Assembly: GCA_044345055.1 (NCBI GenBank)
Contig: JBIJBT010000063.1
Span: 1 to 16,443, forward strand
Length of the DNA stretch: 16,443 bases
Reading direction: 5' to 3'
Source of the DNA: Bdellovibrionota bacterium
Lineage (GTDB): Bacteria; Bdellovibrionota_C; UBA2361; OMIW01
Below, piece by piece: positions 1 to 7,614 of the stretch. Each line of letters starts with the position of its first letter. Positions within the stretch are counted from its first letter, which is position 1. The translations under genes and the position numbers were made by a program. Under the pieces are notes generated by a model that made no database searches, was not told the origin of the DNA, and saw only the letters and a program-made list of their open reading frames with translations.

Positions 1-670
1 GGGCGAGTGCGGATGCTCGAATTGTTAAAAGCCCTTCACCATTAATCGCACCTGAGATGACGGTCGATCCTCCAACCTTGGGCATGACGTAAGGCTCACC
101 GGTCAGAAATGCCTCATCCATCGAGCTCCGACCATCGATTACAATTCCATCTACAGGACAGATATCGTGAGGATGAACTTCTATAAGATCACCAATCCGA
201 ACTTCATCTAGTGAAATATCCTCAATCGATCCATTAATTCGTCGCCTTGCATGGTGCGGCATCCGTTGCGCAAGTGCTTGAAGTATCGCCGATGCGTTTT
301 TCATCGCAAGCCGCTCTAAGCTCTGTCCGCCTGAGAGCATAAATACAACCAGAATTGCCGCCCAATACTCCTCAAGGCAAATAGCCGTGACTATTGATAT
401 ACCAGCAAGAAAATCTGAGGAGAAATCTTTTCTGATAATGTCCTTAAGAAGATCAAAGAGAATAATCGATCCCGACAAGATAAGGGCACTTAATAAAATA
501 ATCCACTCAGTGGAAAAAAAGCCTAGTATTCTGAACGGAATTCCGAAAAGAATCGCAATAGAGGATGCAGCAAGGAGAATGCCCTCTTTACTTTTCGCCC
601 AACGACGGATCTCTTTAAACGTTAATGTAAAAAGAGGAAGTGGCTTATTAGCTCCGGCCAAGTCGGTCAT
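1..670 (-). CDS. Heavy-metal-translocating P1B-type ATPase, N-terminal part (continues past the left edge)
   Basis: Manually translated, not in the ORF track. ATG at 670 with AAGGA upstream; frame is open to the edge. MTDLAGANKP... hydrophobic helices (DFLAGISIVTAICLEEYWAAILVVFMLSGGQSLE), then actuator domain VRIGDLIEVHPHDICPVDGIVIDGRSSMDEAFLTGEPYVMPKVGGSTVISGAINGEG containing the TGE motif. Confidence 0.93.
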   Translation of the reverse strand, partial: MTDLAGANKPLPLFTLTFKEIRRWAKSKEGILLAASSIAILFGIPFRILGFFSTEWIILLSALILSGSIILFDLLKDIIRKDFSSDFLAGISIVTAICLEEYWAAILVVFMLSGGQSLERLAMKNASAILQALAQRMPHHARRRINGSIEDISLDEVRIGDLIEVHPHDICPVDGIVIDGRSSMDEAFLTGEPYVMPKVGGSTVISGAINGEGLLTIRASALA

Positions 671-823
671 GGGCTAGTTCCTTGAAATACAGTTCCTCGA
701 AATGAGGTCGAATAGTGGTGGATGGTGAAGAGATTTTTTTATTGTGTGAGCGCTAATTTGAGGAGGGAGGTAATTATTCGTAATCGCATCACATCAAGAG
801 AGTTTAGAATAGCAGAGAGTGAG

Positions 824-852
824 TGATATATCAAAAAAAAATTGATATATCG
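824..852. promoter_or_regulatory. Operator-like inverted repeat in the divergent ATPase/wza intergenic region
   Basis: GATATATCAA-AAAAAAA-TTGATATATC (825-851) is a perfect 10-bp inverted repeat. Each arm contains the palindrome GATATATC. Function is inferred. Confidence 0.5.
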
Positions 853-1025
853 ACACAAAAAAAAAGTAAGAAAACGGGGGTTGCAACACTGGCAGACGAG
901 GCGCATGTTGAGGGCAAAGATTCGGAGAATAATAGGTGTTTCTTGTCCACCAGAATAAATTAGGAATAGGTTAAAAAGATAAAATATTAACGACAGGAGC
1001 ACCCCAATAATAAGGATGGTGTGTC

Positions 1026-2090
1026 GTGGAGAACGTGTTGCGGTGGTTGCGCATCATCGCGATGATCTGCATCGTCGCGGGGTGGTCGGGCTGTCTTCGA
1101 TTTGTTCCAGCGAGGACAGTTTCGAATGAGGATTCGCATGAAGAGTCTGATTTCTTTGCGATTGAAAAGGTCGAGCAAGATGAGCTTCAGCAGCTTCTCA
1201 AAGAGCGGGCTGAGCTTCGAAACAGAAGCATCGAATCTGCTTATCGGATCGGGGCAGGGGACCTGATAGATCTGCGTGTTTTTGATGTTCCCGAAGTTAC
1301 CGGAGCGGTTCGGGTGCGGCCCGATGGAATGATATCTGTTCCCCTCATCGGGGATGTGACCGCACTGGGTCGCACTGAGGAGGAGCTTCAGCGGGATATT
1401 GTAGGGCGATTGAGGCGATTTATCGTGTCACCGACGGTAACGATCGCAGTCAATACTTATGAAGGGAGTAAAGTCTCAGTTATTGGAGAGGTGGTAAAGC
1501 CAGGTGCATACCCACTTCGACAGGGAAGCACATCTCTTGTTCAAATTTTATCTGAGGCCGGAGGAAGGACCGCGCGTGCTGCGAGCCACCTTGTCCTTTT
1601 GCCAGTTTTTGTCGCAGAGGAACGCTCGACTCTGACCTCGCCTGAATCACGGAAAAATAGGCCGAGTGTTGAAATCGATCTAGACGATCTTTTAGGAACA
1701 ACACGCGGAGGAGATTCCATCGAGGTTTTTCTCGTTGCTGGTGATACGATTGTTGTTCCAGAGGCAGGAACTGTTCAGGTTGATGGTGAGGTTGCAAAGC
1801 CGGGTTCTCACTCTCTCTCCTCAAAGGAGTCAATCGTTGGCGCTATTGCTGCGGCGGGCGGGGTAACCTACTCGGCTGATGTGGAGCGAGTGGAGGTAAT
1901 TCGAGAGGTTGGTAACGGAAGAAAAGCATCTCTTGCTTTTAATCTACAAGATGTTGCGCTCAAAAATACAAAAGATATTCGGTTGCGAAATGGAGATGTG
2001 GTTCGGGTCCCTAGCGCTCGAGGTCGCTTTGCAACGCGGCAGGTCGTCGAGGTACTCAATCGGGTGTTCAATGTAAATGTTGTTCAATAG
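1026..2090 (+). CDS. wza: Polysaccharide export outer-membrane lipoprotein (OPX/Wza family; Poly_export plus two SLBB domains)
   Basis: Lipoprotein-like signal (ICIVAGWSG-C); YRIGAGDLIDLRVF...VRPDGMISVPLIGDV Poly_export motif; SLBB repeats VSVIGEVVKPGAY and VQVDGEVAKPG; directly upstream of wzc. Confidence 0.93.
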   Translation: MENVLRWLRIIAMICIVAGWSGCLRFVPARTVSNEDSHEESDFFAIEKVEQDELQQLLKERAELRNRSIESAYRIGAGDLIDLRVFDVPEVTGAVRVRPDGMISVPLIGDVTALGRTEEELQRDIVGRLRRFIVSPTVTIAVNTYEGSKVSVIGEVVKPGAYPLRQGSTSLVQILSEAGGRTARAASHLVLLPVFVAEERSTLTSPESRKNRPSVEIDLDDLLGTTRGGDSIEVFLVAGDTIVVPEAGTVQVDGEVAKPGSHSLSSKESIVGAIAAAGGVTYSADVERVEVIREVGNGRKASLAFNLQDVALKNTKDIRLRNGDVVRVPSARGRFATRQVVEVLNRVFNVNVVQ

Positions 2091-2156
2091 CGTAAGCGAT
2101 CGGTAAAAAAGTCAGTGTAGCAAGCGCTTAAAGAAGGACATAATGGAGGGTTTGTT

Positions 2157-4559
2157 ATGCGTGAGGAAGGGAATCGAGAAGAGGATACGGGAGCACGGTT
2201 AACTATAGCACCTATGAGCGGAAATCGTGCGGTATCGCCGTATCTTGCAAATAGCTACCTCTTCGGGAAAGACCGCTCCGCATGGGCTGGAGAAGAGCGT
2301 GATGAGGAGGCAAATAAAATACTTGACGCGGTTGTCCGGCATTGGAAAACGATCGGAGTCTCCGCTCTTCTTTCATTCTCAGCTGCTGCTATCTACTCGG
2401 TTTGTGCAACGCGTCTCTATACTTCTGAAGCAACGCTTCGAATTGGATCGTATGCACCATTGATCGCGGGCGCAGAGATAGAAAATGTCCTTCGTCAACA
2501 ATCGATGGAGCAGTCTTATCAAAAAACGCAGATGGCTTCTTTGACCGGTTTATCAATCGCGGATCGGGTGTTGTCGAATCCCGAGATTGGACCAAAAATT
2601 AAGGAGTACCGTCGCAGTCTTTCGAGTCGGATTCCATTTTTTGGCTCGAATCGGGATGGAAATGGAGGAATTCCCGAGGGGTACCATCATACCGTCGCTC
2701 AGCTTAAAAAATATCTAAAACTAATTAAAATTAATCCAGTTCGAGATACTGCCCTTGTTGATGTAGCTGTCGAGACGAGCGACCCAGAATTAAGTCGTGC
2801 AGTTGCAAATTTCCATAGCGAGGCATTCGTTGAAGAGTTGCGGGTACTTCGACATACCGCAATGACTGAGAACTCTCGTTTTCTTGCTGAACAGGCAAAC
2901 GACCTTGAGCAAAAAGTTGTAAATGCAGAGCGGAGGGTTGCCGAGTATGCAAAAGAAAATAAACTCTTTGCACTCGCCAATGAGCAGGATCTTCTGACCC
3001 GACGAATTAAGACTTTGACAGAGAATCAAGCTCGGGTGATGGGGGAGCGAATTCGGCTCGGTGCCCTTATGGACCAGGTTAATAGCGGCAGTGGATTGGA
3101 TTCTACCATCATTGATGACGAATCAATTCGGACTCTTCGGACTGCGCTCGAGAGTTCTGAAGCCGACTATGCACATCTTCGGACCCGCTTCACCGCTGAG
3201 TATCCTCCAACAGCACAGGCACTCGCACGGGTGACATCTCTACGTCGTACGATTACTCAGCAAAGAGGACAGGCGATCTCGGCTCTGCGGGCAAAATATG
3301 CGAGTGTGGTTCAAGCTGAAACTAGTTTGGGGGAGCAGATTGAAAAGCAGAAATCTCTCGATCATGAAACATCTCGACGACTTGTTGAGTACAATACTCT
3401 TCAACGCGAATACGATTCTGTGAGGGATCTTCACCAAAGTGTTCTCCGTCAGCTCAAAGAGATGCAGATTGCTGCGGCAGGAACGAGCAGTAATGTGATG
3501 ATTACCGAGAGAGCGGTTGCTGCGACAGAGCCCTCAAGTCCGCGAGTTGGAGCGTTGCTCATTCTTGGGACGATATTTGGAGTGGGCATAGGGGGAGCAA
3601 TCGCGATTCTCCGTCAGCTTCTCGATAGAACACTTCACGGAATTGATGAGATACCCTCTCATTTTGGGGTAGTTTCGTTTGGTTCTGTTCCCCAGTTTGA
3701 GTGGAGCGGAAATCAAGGGAGAGAGATTCATTCGCTCGTAGCGGCTTGCATGGGTCGAATTCGTCAGGTCAGTGGATATTTGAGTGTTCAGGAGATTGAA
3801 AGAGGCGATGCACAAAGCTCAATCGATCATGAACGAAAAGATGTCGTACAGAGAGAGTCGGTTGAGCTAATAACGATAGACCAACCATCAGGTATGATCT
3901 CCGAGGCGTTTCGCACAATACGAACATCACTTCTGCTTGCAAGTGCTGATTCTCCGCCAAGAACAGTGCTTGTAACGAGCCCGAGAAAGGGCGAAGGTAA
4001 AACAACAGTAGCATCAAATCTTGCGATCGTCCTCGCTCAGGCTGGGCAACGGACCGTTCTTATCGATACGGATATACGGAGTCCGAGCATTGATAAGCGA
4101 TTCTCATTGCATGAACGGAATAGAGGGCTGGTTGAGTATTTGACGGGCCATTTATCGCTGGAGGAGGTTATTCAGGAAACGGTGGTGCCCCGTTTGTGGA
4201 TAATTCCAGCAGGAACGGCAGCCCCCAATCCTGCAGAGCTCGTTGGATCGCGAAAAATGGCCGATTTGTTGAGCCTTCTCTCTCGTCGTTACGACCAGGT
4301 CATACTTGATTCTCCACCACTTCTTCCCTTCTCCGATTCATTGATGATGAGTCATGTCGTTGATGGTGTTCTTCTTGTTGCGCGAAGTGAGGTCAGCGAA
4401 AAGCGAGCGGTGGGTGAGTCTATTGAGCGACTCCGAAGTATCCGAGCGCCTCTTCTTGGTGTCGTCATGAATGGTGTCCCGACCGAACGTGCAAAATGGT
4501 CCGCGTATAGTAGCTATTACCAAGACTCTGGCATTATCTCGGATGCTATGCAGATGTGA
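2157..4559 (+). CDS. wzc: Polysaccharide co-polymerase / BY tyrosine kinase (Wzc/GumC family, PCP-2a)
   Basis: Two TM segments flanking a coiled-coil periplasmic region; PSSPR before TM2; EAFRTIRT; Walker A SPRKGEGKT, A' VLIDTD, B VILDSPP; C-terminal Tyr cluster YSSYY; GGAGG RBS. Confidence 0.95.
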   Translation: MREEGNREEDTGARLTIAPMSGNRAVSPYLANSYLFGKDRSAWAGEERDEEANKILDAVVRHWKTIGVSALLSFSAAAIYSVCATRLYTSEATLRIGSYAPLIAGAEIENVLRQQSMEQSYQKTQMASLTGLSIADRVLSNPEIGPKIKEYRRSLSSRIPFFGSNRDGNGGIPEGYHHTVAQLKKYLKLIKINPVRDTALVDVAVETSDPELSRAVANFHSEAFVEELRVLRHTAMTENSRFLAEQANDLEQKVVNAERRVAEYAKENKLFALANEQDLLTRRIKTLTENQARVMGERIRLGALMDQVNSGSGLDSTIIDDESIRTLRTALESSEADYAHLRTRFTAEYPPTAQALARVTSLRRTITQQRGQAISALRAKYASVVQAETSLGEQIEKQKSLDHETSRRLVEYNTLQREYDSVRDLHQSVLRQLKEMQIAAAGTSSNVMITERAVAATEPSSPRVGALLILGTIFGVGIGGAIAILRQLLDRTLHGIDEIPSHFGVVSFGSVPQFEWSGNQGREIHSLVAACMGRIRQVSGYLSVQEIERGDAQSSIDHERKDVVQRESVELITIDQPSGMISEAFRTIRTSLLLASADSPPRTVLVTSPRKGEGKTTVASNLAIVLAQAGQRTVLIDTDIRSPSIDKRFSLHERNRGLVEYLTGHLSLEEVIQETVVPRLWIIPAGTAAPNPAELVGSRKMADLLSLLSRRYDQVILDSPPLLPFSDSLMMSHVVDGVLLVARSEVSEKRAVGESIERLRSIRAPLLGVVMNGVPTERAKWSAYSSYYQDSGIISDAMQM

Positions 4560-4647
4560 TGAGAGAATAGACCATTTGTGTCTGTAAAAATGTCTAATTC
4601 TGCCCCTTCTTGTTCTATCGAGTAGAGGCTCTTATTTAGGAGCTTAT

Positions 4648-5829
4648 ATGCAGGTAACAGTAACTCTAGAATTTCGATTCTCTCAATTGCCTGATGGCAC
4701 TTTATGGACACCAACAACTTTCCCGTATAGATTTTGGGAACGTTACCTAGAGGTATTTGATTCAGTTCAGATAGTGGCCCGAGCTCAACCTGTTGATGCA
4801 GTCCCACCGAGCTGGAGGGAGGCAACGGGCCCTCATGTTATTGCCTCGGCGATTCCGTATTATATTGGACCATTGCAGTATATTAGCCGTTACCGCCCGG
4901 TAAAGCGGGCAATCTTTAGATCGTTTACCTACGGTGATGCAGTTCTTCTACGGTTAAGCTCACGGATTGGAACTGTGATGAGAGGAGAACTAAATCGTCG
5001 TGGTTATCCTTATGGCGTTGAGGTTGTTGCGGATCCTTACGATGTTTTTTCACCCGGTGCGATGCGGCATCCACTGCGTCCATTCCTAAGGATGGGGGGA
5101 TTTATCGGTCTCCGTCGCGCGTGTGCAGAGGCAGCTGTTAGTGCCTATGTGACTGAAGATGCGCTGCAGCGTCGTTATCCCGGGGGATCTGATACAGCTA
5201 TGTTTGGCTTTTCCGATGTAGAGTTAGGTGACGATTTAATTAAGGAAAGAGGTCGGATCGTACGAGAAGCGCCAAAGCCGCTGCGAATCATGATGGTTGG
5301 TGGAATAAATCAGCTTTATAAGGCTCCTCATATTCTCGTTGATGCGTTTGCGCAGGTTGTGCGGCAGCTAGATGCTTCGCTTATATTTGTTGGAGGTGGT
5401 CAGTACCGTGAATTTCTTCAGCAACGGGCAGACGCGCTCGGTGTCGGTGATCGGGTCTCTTTTTCAGGAGAGATATCGGGAGGAGCTGCTGTTCTTGCGA
5501 TGCTCGATACAGCCGATCTCTTTGTTCTTCCCTCATTTCAGGAGGGACTGCCAAGAGCGATGGTAGAGGCAATGGCAAGGGGAGTCCCGTGCATCGGCTC
5601 ATCGGTAGGGGGTATTCCCGAGCTATTACAAAGAGAAGATATTGTGCCTCCAGGAGACGACAAAGCACTTGCTAAAAAAATCATTGAAGTGGGATCAGAT
5701 CCTGAACGACTTACTGAAATGTCTAGCCGCAATATCTGCCGAGCTCGAGACTTTGTTGAGGACGCAATTCGACCTCGAAGAATCGCCTTTTATAGAAATC
5801 TACGAGAGATCACAGAACGGCATATCTAA
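4648..5829 (+). CDS. Glycosyltransferase family 4 (GT-B)
   Basis: ADLFVLPSFQEGLPRAMVEAMARGVPCIGSSVGGIPE with the E-x7-E motif; AGGAG RBS at 4638-4642. Confidence 0.93.
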   Translation: MQVTVTLEFRFSQLPDGTLWTPTTFPYRFWERYLEVFDSVQIVARAQPVDAVPPSWREATGPHVIASAIPYYIGPLQYISRYRPVKRAIFRSFTYGDAVLLRLSSRIGTVMRGELNRRGYPYGVEVVADPYDVFSPGAMRHPLRPFLRMGGFIGLRRACAEAAVSAYVTEDALQRRYPGGSDTAMFGFSDVELGDDLIKERGRIVREAPKPLRIMMVGGINQLYKAPHILVDAFAQVVRQLDASLIFVGGGQYREFLQQRADALGVGDRVSFSGEISGGAAVLAMLDTADLFVLPSFQEGLPRAMVEAMARGVPCIGSSVGGIPELLQREDIVPPGDDKALAKKIIEVGSDPERLTEMSSRNICRARDFVEDAIRPRRIAFYRNLREITERHI

Positions 5830-5907
5830 TCTAGGAAAGGAGGGGCGCTCCCGTCGGTAAACTCGATATGCAACGCAAGGATCTAACCGAAGGTAATACA
5901 ACCAGGA

Positions 5908-7482
5908 TCACCGACAAATTTTACAGTTCGTATCTATTCCAGAAACCTTATTAACAAGGTCGGTTAATCGACTGTCGGTCCGCCCATTTTCATCTGACGG
6001 TTTTTTATTTGGCGATGCATTCTTTGAACACCGCAATACATCTCTGGCAAGGTCTCGGGCGTCATTTGCATAAGTTGCCAGTAGTTTCTTTATATAGCTA
6101 ACCTCCGAATTGAAACTCTTGGTTACACATGAATCTCCGCAGACCTTAATATGTTTCATAATATCTCGAGATACCGCCAAGGTTATTCGGTTTATATGAC
6201 GAATTGAGCGAGCCTCTATTCCACTCTGAACCAAAGCTCGACATGACTGGTAGCCCTTTGCTCTCTTAACCGAGGCATTCCACGATCCAGATATACCAGC
6301 TTCTACGCTCATCAGCTCAGTGCCGATTCTGCGCATCTTGCTCGTTGGCTTCACCATTGAACACCGGACTGGAACAGGTGTCGGAACACAGAGATGGGCA
6401 AAAGCTGGATTGGCCCGCAGGCAATCTGAGGGAACAATAGGAACAGGAGTTTCCGTTGGCGTTGGAGTCTCAGTCGCTGTTGCCGTTGGTGTTGCTGTTG
6501 CTGTTTCTGTCGGTGTGGCAGTGGCGGTTTCAGTTGGTGTTGCAGTCGGAGTTTCCGTAGGGGTACTCGTTGGGGAACTTGTCGGTGTATTAGTCGGTGT
6601 TTCAGTCGGCGTTGGCGTTGATGTTGCTGTCGGTGTTGCTGTCGGTGTGGGCGTTGGAGTTGCGCACCATAAATAATAATCAAAGAGCTGTTTTTCGAAT
6701 GAAAAGCCAAATATATGAGCGCTTGTTGAGAACTGGCTTACATCAAGACCTGCTGATACGAGCTCGGCGGAGGTGAGCATGGTTATCGGTCCAAGATACG
6801 TTCCTGAGTCGATTACATTGAGACTCAAACTTGCGCCGAAATAATTTATGTCTACCGCGGTATTGGAGCATGTCGGACCGTAACCCGCTGGTACAGGTGT
6901 TGGTGCACTCAAAAGTTGAGATTCATAACCGTCGTAACTTTCGAAACCCTTATTAGCTTTAGCAACGCTCTTTGCAGTGACATTTCGGTAAAGACCGAGA
7001 GTTGGAGCTGCCGAATCATTTTGAGCAGAGAATCGAACGGCGTACAAATTCCCCGATTGACTCGCCTCGTAGAGCGGTTTTCCAGTTTGATTGATGAAAA
7101 GATCGCCCCAGGCAACGGTGCCGTTAAGAACATCAGCGGGGTGACCACCACTCGGGATGGCACCCGCAAGGGCAAATATAATCTGCGTTGCTGTTTGTTT
7201 TACTGCTAGCCCATGCACTTCATACGAAAGGACACCAGATCCTGGAGATACTCCATCGTTTGCCTTGTCGTGAGCGTATCGCCATCCATTTACTGCTGAT
7301 GATTCTTGACACCGGCCATCAAGGGCGGTTGTGTCATTGAGACACTCGAGTGTTACAGAAACTACTGATTCCTCGAGCCGATTTGGGCAGACAGGTAAAC
7401 CGATCAAAGTGCCGATTGCTACCGCAACAACAGAAGCAGAGAATGGGCGACGATAGCGAAATAGTGAAAAGCGGTTGGACAT
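5908..7482 (-). CDS. Secreted/surface protein: XDD3-like (PEP-CTERM-associated) domain, Pro/Thr linker, Cys-rich C-terminal domain
   Basis: Long ORF. ATG 7482 preferred over GTG 7614 because it gives a basic n-region plus hydrophobic stretch ([31 protein letters not shown]). Motifs [55 protein letters not shown] resemble cyanobacterial exosortase-dependent surface proteins (from recall). Confidence 0.75.
   Translation of the reverse strand: MSNRFSLFRYRRPFSASVVAVAIGTLIGLPVCPNRLEESVVSVTLECLNDTTALDGRCQESSAVNGWRYAHDKANDGVSPGSGVLSYEVHGLAVKQTATQIIFALAGAIPSGGHPADVLNGTVAWGDLFINQTGKPLYEASQSGNLYAVRFSAQNDSAAPTLGLYRNVTAKSVAKANKGFESYDGYESQLLSAPTPVPAGYGPTCSNTAVDINYFGASLSLNVIDSGTYLGPITMLTSAELVSAGLDVSQFSTSAHIFGFSFEKQLFDYYLWCATPTPTPTATPTATSTPTPTETPTNTPTSSPTSTPTETPTATPTETATATPTETATATPTATATETPTPTETPVPIVPSDCLRANPAFAHLCVPTPVPVRCSMVKPTSKMRRIGTELMSVEAGISGSWNASVKRAKGYQSCRALVQSGIEARSIRHINRITLAVSRDIMKHIKVCGDSCVTKSFNSEVSYIKKLLATYANDARDLARDVLRCSKNASPNKKPSDENGRTDSRLTDLVNKVSGIDTNCKICR
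6445..6660 (-). repeat. Coding low-complexity Pro/Thr repeat ([12 protein letters not shown]), about 72 codons
   Basis: Translation [72 protein letters not shown]; degenerate GTN-rich periodicity on the + strand. Confidence 0.95.
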
Positions 7483-7614
7483 GGCGCTTGGACATATTGA
7501 GTTCTCTTTTCCAGGCTGATTAATAAAATCAGTGCGGTAATGAGAATAGATAAGAAAATTAATCGGACGAGATCCGTCGTTGCTCGAGACGCTACCACGG
7601 GCTTTGATGAACAC

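Noticed and set aside
387..677. 96-aa plus-strand ORF
   Set aside because: Antisense shadow of the P1B-ATPase, which has clear motifs on the minus strand.
760..771. Strong SD-like GAGGAGGGAGG on the + strand
   Set aside because: No start codon at a suitable distance.
739..1002. 87-aa hydrophobic minus-strand ORF
   Set aside because: Its hydrophobicity comes from A/T tracts of the promoter region; no RBS or recognisable family.
5830..5907. Intrinsic terminator between the convergent GT4 and surface-protein genes
   Set aside because: Only a 4-bp stem (GGAG/CTCC) and no U-tract.
6360..6450. VPIVP / VPTPVP as a PEP-CTERM motif
   Set aside because: No PEP, no following TM helix, and about 150 aa from the C-terminus.
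6320..6710. Val/Gly-rich and Gln/Arg-rich ORFs
   Set aside because: Antisense and alternate-frame readings of the Pro/Thr repeat.
7483..7614. 44-aa N-terminal extension from GTG 7614
   Set aside because: It would bury the signal-like segment and does not look like a conserved protein region; ATG 7482 is preferred, though not proven.
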